Below, piece after piece: positions 10,410-22,045 of a stretch of DNA of 64,000 bases. The notes under the pieces are model-generated. The model did no database searches, was not told the DNA's origin, and saw nothing but the letters and a program-made list of their open reading frames with translations. Numbering within the stretch: the first letter of the stretch is position 1; the number at the start of each line of letters is the position of its first letter. The stretch comes from Dehalococcoidia bacterium (GTDB lineage: Bacteria > Chloroflexota > Dehalococcoidia > Plut-88900). The position numbers were made by a program, and so were the translations under genes. The stretch lies in contig CBDBLV010000005.1 of the NCBI GenBank assembly GCA_965207225.1, positions 1,472,001-1,536,000 on the forward strand. Direction: 5' to 3'.

Positions 10410-11217
10410 AGTGATTAGCCGTGAGGGGATGCCAGCGTTAGCGGAGAAGGGTTCCAGGGCAATAATTCCTCCCTCATTGGGGAACGGGTCGTCAAACTTG
10501 GTGCTTCATGAATGCTTCCAGCAGGGACTTAGGCATATCCCGAGCTCCCTGAATTGAACGGACAAGAATCGCTATCGGCCCTGGCTCTCATTCATGTAAA
10601 TGGGGAACCAGGTATTTCCCAGCCACTGAGGCAGTTGTCACCGCGATCATTGACTAGGGCGACGGGGAACTCGCCACCGATTTCGCCAAGCCGAACGCTC
10701 GTTGTTTTCGGCTTTTCCTATACTCAGGACTAAATTGCTCGTAGGGCAGACATTGCCTGGATTGTTTTATCAAGAGCCCTCCCGGGCCTTCAGCCGGATG
10801 GAGGTAGTGAGCGTTCCAACATCTACGAACCGTGTCTACTCAATTCAGCAGCGATCCTCTGTACTTTGCGCACGGGTGCACCATCAAGAGGCGCTCACGC
10901 TTTTCGCTTCTGTCTTCGCCTGAGAACAGATTATACATATATCTATACCGTCAATGAACAGCTTTATACTCTGACAATAGCCGCAATGTTGTACAATTCG
11001 CTTTGACTTTGAAACGACTCCTATAGAAGGGCAGTGCCAAGGCCATAAAGGCACCCGCGGAAAGAAAACTCAAAGTCCAGCCTACTGCTGCCTAGGGTAG
11101 ACCTCTTTGTCACCTGTCCCCGACAACTAGCGTTGAACGGCCGATCGTGAGGGTGGAGGAGCTTGGCTGTCCGTCGGTTGCCCCGGTGTTACATGGCTCG
11201 CACAGGAGGAAAGGGTA

Positions 11218-11433
11218 TTGAAAACTCGCATCGACAGACTTGGCGGGGACAAGACCTACATTGAACTAGAAACAAGATACGGTAGCCGAGGCTTCCTTGT
11301 GATAAACGCGACCATAGGTCCACCACGGCGCGACGGCAAGGATATCACCATGACGTTGAGCCGTAGGCAGGCGTATGAGATCGCCGACACCCTTCGGGCT
11401 ATGGCCTTCTCGGTTGACGAACGGTTGGGCTGA
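11218..11433 (+). CDS. Small hypothetical protein
   Basis: AGGAGGA RBS upstream of a TTG start; first of three co-oriented small ORFs. Confidence 0.5.
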   Translation: MKTRIDRLGGDKTYIELETRYGSRGFLVINATIGPPRRDGKDITMTLSRRQAYEIADTLRAMAFSVDERLG

Positions 11434-11439
11434 GCGCTT

Positions 11440-11736
11440 TTGGAGACGGTGATCACAGAAGCGCTGCTGGAGGCAGAGGCTCAGGGTTATGGTCACGATG
11501 CCCTTGTGACTATCCGGCTATATCGCGATGGTTGCCTACTGGTTGAAGGCATCGTCGAGACAACGGGCATCGGTCGGCTACTGGCCGGGGCGCAGGGCCC
11601 CTGCACCTTGTATGCCCGACCTGACACTTCTCGTCACCACCTGCTGCCTCGCCTGGAGCGTGGACGAGGCAGCGTAGATATAGAGCTTAAGCAATTCAAG
11701 CTCTACTGGCTCCTGCAAGACTTCCTCAAGAGCTAA
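11440..11736 (+). CDS. Small hypothetical protein
   Basis: Starts 6 nt after the previous ORF. Confidence 0.45.
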   Translation: METVITEALLEAEAQGYGHDALVTIRLYRDGCLLVEGIVETTGIGRLLAGAQGPCTLYARPDTSRHHLLPRLERGRGSVDIELKQFKLYWLLQDFLKS

Positions 11737-11755
11737 CAAAGGGAGCGATGAACTT

Positions 11756-11932
11756 ATGGAACAACTGCAACGAGTTGGCAAATGGGCCGCCTTGGGGATG
11801 GCAGCTGTGGTCGTTCTCCCAGCACTGGTGCTGGTTCTGATCTTCGCCGCCTACATCGCCCTTACCGTCTACGTACTCCGGGAAACGAAGTTAGGAGATG
11901 TAGTTGATCGGCTGACCTCGGGGGAGATGTAG
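11756..11932 (+). CDS. Small membrane protein (58 aa)
   Basis: MEQLQRVGKWAALGMAAVVVLPALVLVLIFAAYIALTVYVL..., preceded by GGGAG. Confidence 0.45.
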   Translation: MEQLQRVGKWAALGMAAVVVLPALVLVLIFAAYIALTVYVLRETKLGDVVDRLTSGEM

Positions 11933-13085
11933 GGGCTAGGCAGCAATGGGTCCACGCTAAGCAGGTAAGTGAAAGCAGCATTGCCGCCGACTTGTTACAG
12001 CCCTAATCGCTACAGCAGACTAGTTTACCGCCAAAGCAGAAATCACTGTCCGTTGCACAGATACAAGCGGGGGCGGAGAAATGGTGCACCAAGCGAAATA
12101 TAAACGAGGGCAGCGGTAGATGCCCCACAATACAGGGTATGAAAGTCGAAGAGCCAACGAGTGCTGATATAACCTATCTCTTCCACTACCGTTTGGATCG
12201 TCAGCAGATCCTAGGTATGTTCTGGCGGAGGAAGGGACCTGAAAAGGACACAGCTCATGGCGCTACGTCTGACACCGTGAGATTTGGCACAATGAAACAA
12301 TCAAGATTCCATTGCAAGATTCCAATGATTGTAGGCACAATCCGAAGAGCATCAGGCCCCAAATGACTCTTGATCGCAGGAATAGCCTTAACCGCCGGTA
12401 CCGGTTGCTGGCAAAGCTCTCGATTCCTGGGGAGAGAGCCGCTCTGCAATGCGCCAAGGCGCTTTAGGTGGCTCCCCATGTTGTTGCCTTTGGCTTTCAA
12501 TTTGTCTCGGCGTACCGATAGACCAGGGTGTCCGAGGGCGAAAATACAGGGTAGGGCAATGCTGTACTTAGTGTCACGGGCCTCACTCCCTTAAAGCCAA
12601 GCTTCTTCCCGCTGGTTGGAGTTGTCGGCATGTATGTAATTCTTCGGCATCCCATCGGAGTCCCCCCTGCAATCCCCTACTGGCTTCAAGGGCCAGCAGA
12701 CGGTATAACTATCCCTCTAGCCCTCCGTTGGCCAAAGGGTCCCAGAAGGAGACAGCAAGGTACCTAGGGAAAGGACAATTTGTCTATCGTGTACTCGGCT
12801 CTAGAGCAATTCTTCAAATGATTTGTTGTATGTTCCTCTGGCGGGGCATGGCCTTACGAGCAAAGAACCAAAGATCTCAACTAGAAAAAATGATGAACTG
12901 AACAGAGCAGCCTGCTGGGGCAAGTCCGGAGGCGTAGGGGCGTGGCTAGCATCCGACTGAGCCCAGCCTCCAGACCAACTAGATGCCGGAGTTCAGCACG
13001 GTGCGAGGAGGGGGAGCGGGACGAGGCCGAAGTTCCGCTACCTTGTAGGGAGGCTGCGATGGACTCTGCCTGCCGGTGGGGTCGG

Positions 13086-15462
13086 TTAGTTTGCTGTACC
13101 CTTAGCCATCCGATAGCCCACGCGGGGCTCGGTGAAGATGAAGGCAGGATTGTCTGCGTCGTCCCCTATCTTGCGGCGGAGCCTCTTCACCACATCTCTA
13201 ACCAGCCAGGGCTCGCCCACCCTTTCTGGACCCCATATCCGCTGGAGGAGGACGCTGTGAGTCAACACCCGGGGTGCATGGACCGCCAGTTCGTAGAGTA
13301 CGGCATACTCCGTGGCGGTCAACTCGACCGGCTCCCCGGCCACCGTCACGAGGCGTTCGGCGTAGTTGATATCCAGGCCAGCGGCGACATATGGTCCCGT
13401 CGGCTCGCCTTGGAAGGGCTCTAGTCGCTTGCGCAGGGCTGCCCGCATCCTAGCAGCCAGCTCCGTTGGCGAAAATGGCTTGACTACATAGTCGGTCGCT
13501 CCCATATCAAAGGCCCTGGCGATGGTCTCATCCTGGCCATATGCCGACAGGAAGATGACCGGCACATCTGCCGCCCTACGGATATCGTTCATCAACTCGA
13601 TACCATCGCTGCCTGGCAGCACAAGGTCCAGAAGCACTAGGTGCGGCTTCTCCTCGGCCATTAGGCGGGGAACCTCAGTGGGGTCGCTGGTCGCAATGGG
13701 TGCGTATCCCGCCCTGGAAAGCACATCTCGAACGTACCTCAGCGCCTGGGGGTCGTCGTCCACAGCCAGGACGCGGACCTTGCCGCGGGTCATTGGCCTG
13801 ACACGAGGGGTTGCAGGAGCGGAGGCAGCGGCGTCCACCGCCGGCAAGGTGAAAGTGAACCGCGCACCCAGATCCTGCCCTTCGCTTTCGGCCCAGATTC
13901 GGCCTCCATGGGCTTCTACGATGCCCTTGCAGATGGCGAGACCTAGGCCCGATCCGTCGACACCCATCCCGGGACCTGCATCATGCGCCCGCGAGAACTT
14001 GCGGAACAGCCCCGGCAGCAGCTCTGCCGGAATGCCCCGACCTTCATCGGCAACCGAGACCTCAACATGAAGTCCTTCCCGCACCGCGGTCACCACTATC
14101 GGCGACGCTTCGGGTGAATACCCGGCGGCATTGGAGAGCAGGTTGCTTAGCACCTGTACGATGCGCCGCCTGTCGGCCATAACGAGAGGCAGATTCTCTG
14201 GCAGGTCGATCTTCAGTGCGCTGCCGGCACCTCCGGACAGGAATCTGTTCGTGGCCTCCTCGACCAATACTTGAACATCGGATGGCTCCGGAACAACGGG
14301 AAGCGTGCCTGTCTCGATGCGGGCCACGTCCAAGAGGTCGCCGATGAGGTAGCGCATCTGGTCCGATTGGTCGCGAATGATGTGGAAGAACTGGGTCATT
14401 TCGGCCGGGTCCAGATCGTCGGCCGATTCCAGCAGCGTGGTGATGGAGCCCTTGACCGCAGCCAGGGGGGCCCTGAGTTCGTGACTCACCATGGCCAGAA
14501 ACTCGGCCCTCAAACGTTCCTGCTCCTCAAGCGGTGTCATGTCCTGCAGCGTGACGATGAAGGAAGCAAGCTAGCTGGCCCTCCTCGGAGTGGATCGGTG
14601 TGGCGTTGAGCAGGGCACTGACGCTCCGCCCGTCGGGGACGCGCAGCACTATCTCCTCGGCTCTCACCGTTTCTCCGCCCTCCAGGGCCTCGGCCAAGGG
14701 CAGGTCGCCAAGGGAGACCTCTCGGCCATCCGAACGGACGCATGTCACCAGCTCAAGGAGTTCCTCGGGAGGCTGTTCTTCATCTCGCAAGCGGCCTACG
14801 ATGCGCATTGCCTCCCGGTTGAATGAAACCGGCGCCCCAGTCCGGGTGTCGAGGACGACCACGCCCACCGGCGAGGTGTTTATCAGGGTTTCCAGGTCCG
14901 CCCTCAGCCGGCGTTCCTCCCGGTGCGTACGAGCATTGGCGATGACGAGGGCCGCCTGGGATGCAAACATCACGAGGGTCTCCTCGTCGGCCCGGGTGAA
15001 CTCCCCTCCACCGTCCTTGTCTCCCACGAAGACGTGGCCCACCCGGGTGCCCCTGTGGAACATGGACGAGGCCATGAAGCGGAAGACTCCCACAGGAAGG
15101 GGTATGCTGAACTCGGTAAAGCCCTGAGCGCGTACGTACTCCAACAAATCGGGCACTCGAATGGGCTCCGAAATCGCGGTAAGGGCCTCTAAGATGCGTT
15201 CCCCTTCAGGCATACGCCACAGATTCTCGTTCTCCACGGCGGTCAGCCCAGACGATAGGAAGTCCTGTACCCCACCCTGGTCGTCGAGCAGGGTCATCAC
15301 TCCATAGCGAGCCGCCGTCAGGAAACGGGCGGAGTCCAGGACCCCCTGGAGCACGGCGTCGAAGTCCAGGCTTTCGTTGATGCGAAGGCTGGCTTCGCTG
15401 AGGCGGGACAGGCGCTCCTGAAGCGCCTCCAAATCCCGGTTCCGCTGGTCTGGGCGAACCAT
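13086..15462 (-). pseudogene. Hybrid GAF-PAS-HisKA-HATPase-REC-OmpR wHTH regulator, copy 1, frameshifted
   Basis: Split into ORFs 14527-15462 and 13086-14540 by an AGCT duplication at 14569-14576; H-box VSHELR, DDD/LLD receiver, TEPRVGYR wHTH. Confidence 0.85.
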
Positions 15463-15903
15463 TCAGACCCTCCTTGAGGCCCAGTATCGCTGCATTATAC
15501 AAAATGCCATACAAATATACACAGTCAATCATCCACTATTTCACATAATTGACACGCTCATGATAGAGGCCAACCTGTAGCATGCCAACAGCTGCTTACG
15601 CTTGATGGGTAGCGCAGGCTCGCAACGAGTTGGCGTGATGATTAAACCAGGGCACTTCCCGTCACTTACTGCTCCAGTTCTTCTTTCGAACCAGACATCT
15701 ATGGTGAAACCCACAAAAGATGGGAAGCTTGGCTCGATTCCATTGACCCGGGGGGCAAATCAACCGTTCGGCGATCATTGTGGCTTAGGGATATTGCCAA
15801 ACGAAGTCATCATCGATTGAGGGACGTCCACATTCAGATTGGAGACTTAGGAGATAACTAAGTCGTACGGGGTTACTATCCGCTATATGTCGTTCAGTTA
15901 GGG

Positions 15904-16791
15904 TTGCTAATCGTGGCTATCTGCAAGAATTGCGGTGTTGAAGCAAAGATCAAGTTCTTGTTCTGTCCGATCTGTGGGATCCGAGGTGCTTTTGAGTTTC
16001 CTCAAGATGCAAGGGACGAGGGTTGGGTTCAGAGGGTTAGGAAGCGCCTGTTCAAGTCAGACGTCGAGAAAGCCATAGATGAATTTTTCCAGTATATGAC
16101 GCCGTTTGGCTATCCGGAGGGGGAAAGAAATTTAGAGTGTCTTCTTCACCAGCCTGGCACTCATTCTCTGAATTCAATGCAGAAGGAGAGAGTAAGGGCA
16201 GCTCTAGCCCTTGGGTACGGTATTCGAGCTCAATTTGCGGAGTGGGAAAAGGGTGACCCTGAAGAAGCCATAGAAGTCTACGGAGATGCAATTAGGGCCG
16301 CTCCGAAGGAAGCGCAATGGTACGAAGCGAAAGCAGATGCTACTTACAGGTTGGCGCGGTATCTGGACAATTATCAGAAGCACCATTTTGCAACATTTAT
16401 GGGGCCCAACATCGGAAAGCTGCAAAAGATGCTTGCTTCGAAGAAAACACCCGAGGAGCTATATGAGTACGCTCTAGAAGCATATAGCAATGCCATCCAA
16501 TGCGATCCGTACCACGCCCCGGCGTTGATTGGAAGAGCTAAAACCCTCGATGAATTGGGCAACAAGCAGGAATCACGTGAAGACTACAAGGCTGCCATTG
16601 CAATCTTGACTCGGGCTTTATCTGTCAACCCTGGGGACCTTGCCAGCCTCAAGGAACGTGCAGAGGCCTTTGAGGCGCTTGGTCAAATTGACAGGGCAAT
16701 AATGGACCTCAAAAGCAGCATCGCCCTGAAAAAGGATGAATGGTTGGAGAGACGGATAAAAGAACTGGAAGACATCACCGGCTCGACTTGA
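15904..16791 (+). CDS. TPR protein with an N-terminal zinc ribbon
   Basis: CKNC...CPIC followed by TPR-like helical repeats. Confidence 0.75.
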   Translation: MLIVAICKNCGVEAKIKFLFCPICGIRGAFEFPQDARDEGWVQRVRKRLFKSDVEKAIDEFFQYMTPFGYPEGERNLECLLHQPGTHSLNSMQKERVRAALALGYGIRAQFAEWEKGDPEEAIEVYGDAIRAAPKEAQWYEAKADATYRLARYLDNYQKHHFATFMGPNIGKLQKMLASKKTPEELYEYALEAYSNAIQCDPYHAPALIGRAKTLDELGNKQESREDYKAAIAILTRALSVNPGDLASLKERAEAFEALGQIDRAIMDLKSSIALKKDEWLERRIKELEDITGST

Positions 16792-16799
16792 CAAAGGAA

Positions 16800-17165
16800 T
16801 CAGCCAACGACTGTCCCGTATTCGGAGTCACGATTGACGACACGCCCCATGTGTCCCGGGTCCTGGCTCAAGTAAGCCCTCATTGCAATCTTATTCTCCT
16901 TAGAGGACATCGGGGTGGGGGTCAGGGCCCGGGACGAGGACGACGGTCTGCTTATCTACACCTTGAACGGCGCGGATGCTGCATTCTTCCGGATAGGGCG
17001 TAACGACGGCCAACTGAAGACTGAGGCTTCCCTGAACTACGAGGCCAGAGGTGCCTACGCGGTGGTGGCCGCTGCCGGTCCTTCTTGGCGCCACTGACAA
17101 GATACTGGTGACCATCAACGTCACCGATGTCGACGACCCCGCGATGATAGCAGTGGTCAAAGGGT
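16800..17165 (+). pseudogene. Cadherin-domain remnant
   Basis: DEDD.L.YTLNGADAAFFRI...GQLKT..SLNYE, and out-of-frame VTINVTDVDDP; no intact ORF. Confidence 0.65.
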
Positions 17166-17426
17166 AAGCCCGGCGGCAGGAGTTTCCGTAGAGACCTATC
17201 AACTGTGTAGGTTGTTGAATTCTGTTCCGTAGCCTAATCAGGCTGACCTAGTCCGAACACAAACCGAATTTTCCCGCCTACACCTTCAGGCTGAACAACA
17301 CCGCGAAAGTCTCGATTTCGCCAGGACTGCCGAGGGATCTAGTGCTCAGGCCACCCCTATTCTGAGGAACGACGGGGCATACCGCCTAGAGAACAGCGTA
17401 GACGATCCCTGTATGAATGTGGGAGT

Positions 17427-18149
17427 TCAGCAGAATGGTAGCCCGACTTTGGAGAAGTCGTTGCGAGGGACATTCTGGAGGGATGCAGGAATGCAGTCCG
17501 TCAACAAGTTGCCGCGGAGCCACAGCTTTCTCAATTTCCTCAGGTTCCCTAGTTCCCCGGGAATATCTCCACTCAATCGGTTCTCTCTCAGCGTTAAGGT
17601 AAGTAGATTTGAGAGGTTACCCAGTTCCGGAGGGATCTCCCCACTTAAACTATTGTATTCAAGCATCAACGATTCCAGATGCGTCAGGCTGCCCAACTCA
17701 GGCGGGATTTCCCCACTGAGCTCGTTGTGTTCCAGATTGACCCAGCCCAAATCCTTGAGTTTGGCAAGCTCAGGCGGAATCTCGCCGGTAAGCCGGTTGT
17801 CTTCCAGGTTTAACCAAGCCAGGTTCTTCAGATCACCCACCTGAGGTGGAATCTCCCCGACCAGCGCAGCGTGGATCCAAATGACCCGTAGTTGGTCCAG
17901 CCTCGCCAGCTCTGCAATGGGTATCTTTACCTCCGAGTGACCACCGTACAAGATAAGTCCGGTGACGCGGCCTCTTCCGTCCACGAATACACCCTCCCAT
18001 TCGCCAAGTGGCTTATCGTTTAGCCGGTCAGTGTTTTCCTCCCAATGCGGGCCATTGGTTGCTATGCAAAAGTCCGTCAACGCCGCCCTATCCCGATCGT
18101 TGTCAGGCATCTCGATCGAATTACCGGATAAACCGATGGCCGGCCTCAC
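17427..18149 (-). CDS. Leucine-rich repeat protein (plant-type LRR; possibly N-terminally truncated)
   Basis: DRAAL..F..ATNGPHW cap and repeated L.L..N.LSGEIPPELG.L. Confidence 0.9.
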   Translation of the reverse strand: MRPAIGLSGNSIEMPDNDRDRAALTDFCIATNGPHWEENTDRLNDKPLGEWEGVFVDGRGRVTGLILYGGHSEVKIPIAELARLDQLRVIWIHAALVGEIPPQVGDLKNLAWLNLEDNRLTGEIPPELAKLKDLGWVNLEHNELSGEIPPELGSLTHLESLMLEYNSLSGEIPPELGNLSNLLTLTLRENRLSGDIPGELGNLRKLRKLWLRGNLLTDCIPASLQNVPRNDFSKVGLPFC

Positions 18150-18214
18150 CGCCTAAGTCGGCACTCACCTAATCATTGTGGGACTACCTCTATATGAGGC
18201 GATTCCCCCTAATG

Positions 18215-20602
18215 CTAGCGGTCTCCGCCACCCTCCCCCTTGGGCATCCGGTAGCCGACGCGGGGCTCGGTGAAGACGTAGGTGGGGTTCGAGGCATCGT
18301 CGCCCAGTTTGCGCCGCAGCTTGCGCACGATGGTGCGCATAGGCCTCAGGTCGCCAACGCCCCTCTCCCCCCACACTCGGTCCAGGAGATGTTCGTAGGT
18401 CAGCACCCGTCCGGCGCTGGCCGAGAGCTCGGTCAACATCCGGTACTCCAGGGGGAGCAAATGCACCGACCGACCGGCCACTGTCACCCTGCGGTCGGCA
18501 TAGTCGATGATCAGGTCTCCCAGCGCGTACGGCACCTGAGGTTCAGGGATCTCCCGTCGGCGAAGGGCCGCTGCGATCCTTGCCGAAAGTTCCGTCGGTG
18601 AGAAGGGCTTGACCACGTAATCGGCTGCGCCCATGTTGAGGGCCGTAGCGACGGTCTCGTCCCGTCCGTAGGCGGATAGGAAGATCACCGGCACGTCCAC
18701 CATCTCCAGCACATCCTTCATGAGCTCGATGCCGTCGGTCCCGGGAAGCATGATGTCCAACAGGACGAGATGAGGCCGCTCCTCCTCCACGAGGCGGAGC
18801 GCCTCTCCCGGGTCCCCGGTGACCGTAGGAGCGTAACCCGCCTGGATGAGGGTGTCCTGGACGTAGCGAAGGTCCTGGGGGTCGTCGTCCACCGCAAGGA
18901 CCCGTAACCGTTCTCCCTTCGCTTCCCGCTCATGCCGCGAAGAGCGCGCCGGCGCCGGCGCGCGTCCACTCCCAGCGCCACTCCCGGCGTCAGCAACCGT
19001 GGGCAAAGTGAAGGTGAAGCGGGCTCCGAGGCCAGGCCCGCGACTCTCCGCCCAGATGCGGCCGCCGTGGGCCTCCACGATGCCCTTGCAGATGGCCAGA
19101 CCCAGGCCTGTGTCCCCCGCCTGAACATCGGGCTGTATGCTGGAGAACTTGCGGAACAGGTGGGGCAGGCTTTCTAGCGGGATGCCACGTCCCTCGTCGG
19201 TCACCGAGACCGCCACGTGAACACCGTTCTCCACAGCGCTCACCCGGATCACCGACGACTCGGGGGAGTGGCGGGCCGCGTTGGAGAGCAGGTTGCCCAG
19301 CACCTGGATGACGTGCCGCCGGTCGGCCATCACCAGGGGAAGGTCCGGGGCGATGTCGATATCGAGCCGGTTTCGCCCCCCTGCGCTGGTGAAGACGCTT
19401 CTCGCCTGGCCTACCAGCACAGCCATCTGCGCGGGTTCGGGACTGACCGCCAGCGTGCCCGTCTCGATGCGGGCCACATCCAGGAGGTCGGAGACCAGGC
19501 GGTTCATGTGATCGGCCTGGTCCCCGATGATGCGGAAGAACTGGCGCACCACCGCCGGGTCCAGGTCCGTGGGCGACTCCAGCACCGTGGCGGTGGAGCC
19601 CTTGACGGCCGCCAGCGGCGTCCTGAGTTCATGGCTCACCATGGCTAGGAACTCGGCCCGCATGCGGTCCAGCTCCTCGACATTTGCCATGTCCTGCATG
19701 GTGACCACCACCGACTCCACTTTCCCCTGGCCGGAGCGTATGGGCGTGGCGTTGACGAGCACGGTCACGCTGCGCCCATCGGGCACGGCCATGACGATCT
19801 CCTCGGCGCGGACGGCCTCGCTCGAGCTCAGGACGCTGGCCAGGGGAAACTCCTGCAGGGAGACCTCGCTCCCGTCGGCCCTGCGCACGGTGAGCAGTCC
19901 CAGGAGGTCCTCCGGTGCTTGGTCGGGATCCCGCAACCCGTCGACGATCCTGCGGGCCTCCGGGTTGAAGGACGCTGGGGTCCCCGTTTTCATGTCGAAG
20001 ACGACGACGCCCACAGGGGAGGTATCGATGAGGGTCTCCAGTCCCGCCCTGGCCCGCTGCTCCTCTCGATAAGTGCGGGCGTTGGCGATGACCAGGGCTG
20101 CCTGGGATGCGAACATCTCCAGGATCTCCTCGTCGGCCTGGGTGAACTCCTCGCCGCCGTCCTTGTCGCCCACGAATATGTGGCCCGCCGGGACGCCCCG
20201 GTGGAACATCGGCGCCGCCATGAAGCGGAAGACCCCCACCGGCATGGGTATGGTGAACCCGGTGAAGCCCAGGTCCTGCAGGTGACTCGTCAAATCAGGG
20301 AGCCTCGTGGGTTCGGAGATGACGGTCAGGGCCTCGAAGATGCGCAGGCCATCCGGCAAAAGCCAGAGGGTCTGGGACTCCTCAGTGGTTAGCCCGGACG
20401 ACAGGAAGTCCTGCACCTCGCCATGGTCGTCGAGCAGTGTCATAACGCCGTATCGGGCGGCGGTCAGTGACCGGGCGGAGTCCAGCGCCCCCTGGAGCAC
20501 CGCGTCGAAGTCCAGGTTCTCGTTGATGCGCAGGCTGGCCTCACTCAGCCTGGAGAGGCGGTCGCGCAGGGCGGCTTCGTTCTCCGATATCGGTCGGTCC
20601 AA
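18215..20602 (-). CDS. Hybrid GAF-PAS-HisKA-HATPase-REC-OmpR wHTH regulator, copy 2, intact and cytoplasmic
   Basis: All domains are in frame; the probable start is TTG 20602 after a GAGGTG RBS (the ORF-track start at 20698 lies within the predicted promoter); no TM helices. Confidence 0.9.
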   Translation of the reverse strand: MDRPISENEAALRDRLSRLSEASLRINENLDFDAVLQGALDSARSLTAARYGVMTLLDDHGEVQDFLSSGLTTEESQTLWLLPDGLRIFEALTVISEPTRLPDLTSHLQDLGFTGFTIPMPVGVFRFMAAPMFHRGVPAGHIFVGDKDGGEEFTQADEEILEMFASQAALVIANARTYREEQRARAGLETLIDTSPVGVVVFDMKTGTPASFNPEARRIVDGLRDPDQAPEDLLGLLTVRRADGSEVSLQEFPLASVLSSSEAVRAEEIVMAVPDGRSVTVLVNATPIRSGQGKVESVVVTMQDMANVEELDRMRAEFLAMVSHELRTPLAAVKGSTATVLESPTDLDPAVVRQFFRIIGDQADHMNRLVSDLLDVARIETGTLAVSPEPAQMAVLVGQARSVFTSAGGRNRLDIDIAPDLPLVMADRRHVIQVLGNLLSNAARHSPESSVIRVSAVENGVHVAVSVTDEGRGIPLESLPHLFRKFSSIQPDVQAGDTGLGLAICKGIVEAHGGRIWAESRGPGLGARFTFTLPTVADAGSGAGSGRAPAPARSSRHEREAKGERLRVLAVDDDPQDLRYVQDTLIQAGYAPTVTGDPGEALRLVEEERPHLVLLDIMLPGTDGIELMKDVLEMVDVPVIFLSAYGRDETVATALNMGAADYVVKPFSPTELSARIAAALRRREIPEPQVPYALGDLIIDYADRRVTVAGRSVHLLPLEYRMLTELSASAGRVLTYEHLLDRVWGERGVGDLRPMRTIVRKLRRKLGDDASNPTYVFTEPRVGYRMPKGEGGGDR

Positions 20603-20671
20603 CTGATCACCTCTATGCGACCGGGGAAGCACCCCTCTCCGGGGCCGCAGGGTATGGCGTCTATCGGGATG

Positions 20672-20741
20672 ATTATGCCAGTACTGGCGGTACATCACAA
20701 TAGGTCATACAAAACACATCGATAAGTCATGGCTATGTCAT
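20672..20741 (-). promoter_or_regulatory. Sigma70-like promoter with 11-bp-phased ATGAC repeats
   Basis: TTGTGA (20700-20695), 17-nt spacer, CATAAT (20677-20672) with an extended -10 TG; ATGAC repeats spaced 11 and 22 bp; paralogous to 31556-31625. Confidence 0.65.
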
Positions 20742-21151
20742 AAATGCGTAGTACGCTACCAAGTGACTTTGCCCAAAAGAGGGGAGGTGCCCGTATGTCT
20801 CTCGACCGAAACGAGCCTAACCGGCGGGAGACGCCTGTCACCATCCCCCCGGTTCTCCCATCCTGAACAGGGGCGGCTCCGGCATGACACGGGCCCTATC
20901 CACCACCACGTCCTTCCCGCCCCCCGGCCGCCGCACCGGCGGTCTTGCCCGTTCATGGTGCTTCAGCCCGGGTAGGGCGGCTGCTCAGCGCTCTGCGGAA
21001 CATACAGCTCACCTCCGACGATCAACGGCTGCCGCTGACCTTGGGCGAACGTGGCAGGGACAGTCGAAAGGCGGGAGTTCACCGCTAGGGAGTCAGCGCC
21101 GGAACGTGTGACGTGACGGGGTCTGTCTGACGAAGGAAGGGGTTATACGCA

Positions 21152-22045
21152 GTGTTCTTCAACAGGCTATTTCGTGAAAAGGCCCTGGCAAGGCGACGGA
21201 GGCAGGAGCCGCTCGACGACCGGTTGCAGGTAACGGCCCCCCACGAGTGGCTGTTGGTGGCCGGGCTGGGCGTGATGTTCCTGGCGCTGCTCGTGTACGG
21301 CGCTGTTGGCAGCGTCGAGCGCAGCCTCTCCTACGATGCGGTGGTGGTCTTTCCCGGCGAGCGCCACACGGTGTCCGCACCTGTCTCCGGCACGGTGATG
21401 GAAGTCCTGGCGGAAGTGGGAGACACCATTGAGCCGGGACAGGTCATCGCCCGGGTTCGCACGGCCGTGGAGCAACAGAGGGAATCCCAGGCGCGTCGGC
21501 TCTCCGAGTTGCTGACGGAGCAGGCGGGCCAAGACGACGAAACGGAGCTGTTCATGCTCCTGCTGGCGCTGGCGGGCGAAGGGGGCGCAGTAGGATCCGA
21601 CGCTGCGGTGAATGTCGTCAGTGTGGCCGGGGGCGAGATCATGACCCTGAGCCTCGCGCCGGGGACGCCCGTCGGCGCCGGTGAGCCGGTGGCGCTGGTA
21701 CGGGCTGCTGCCTCCGGCACCCCCGAAGCCCTTGCGCTGGTGCCGTCCGATGATGCCTGGCGCATCGAGGTTGGGATGGGGGCGCGGGTCAGCGTAACGT
21801 GGGTCAACCGGGAGGCCGGAACCTACCCGGCAGAGGTGGCCGCCGTCTCCGAGCGTGCTGTCACGCCTCCTGCGTGGCTCGACGCGTTGGGCCTGTCTGC
21901 GCAGGCCGGTTCCCATCTGGTGCGCGTGCCGCTAACGGATGACGGCGTGACAGACCTCGTGGCGGACGGCTCCACGGGGTCGCTTCGCGTGGTGGTGGGA
22001 CGGAGTTCTTTCCTGTCCCTCCTTGCGCCGGGAGGCGGCTACTGA
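21152..22045 (+). CDS. NHLP bacteriocin-system HlyD-family secretion protein
   Basis: LFREKAL...EPLDDRLQVT.P.EW, a TM helix and lipoyl-like half-motifs; first gene of the exporter operon. Confidence 0.85.
   Translation: MFFNRLFREKALARRRRQEPLDDRLQVTAPHEWLLVAGLGVMFLALLVYGAVGSVERSLSYDAVVVFPGERHTVSAPVSGTVMEVLAEVGDTIEPGQVIARVRTAVEQQRESQARRLSELLTEQAGQDDETELFMLLLALAGEGGAVGSDAAVNVVSVAGGEIMTLSLAPGTPVGAGEPVALVRAAASGTPEALALVPSDDAWRIEVGMGARVSVTWVNREAGTYPAEVAAVSERAVTPPAWLDALGLSAQAGSHLVRVPLTDDGVTDLVADGSTGSLRVVVGRSSFLSLLAPGGGY

Noticed and set aside
18215-20602. Kinase as a membrane receptor for the exported peptides (classic quorum sensing)
   Set aside because: It has no TM or extracellular domain; sensing would have to be cytoplasmic.
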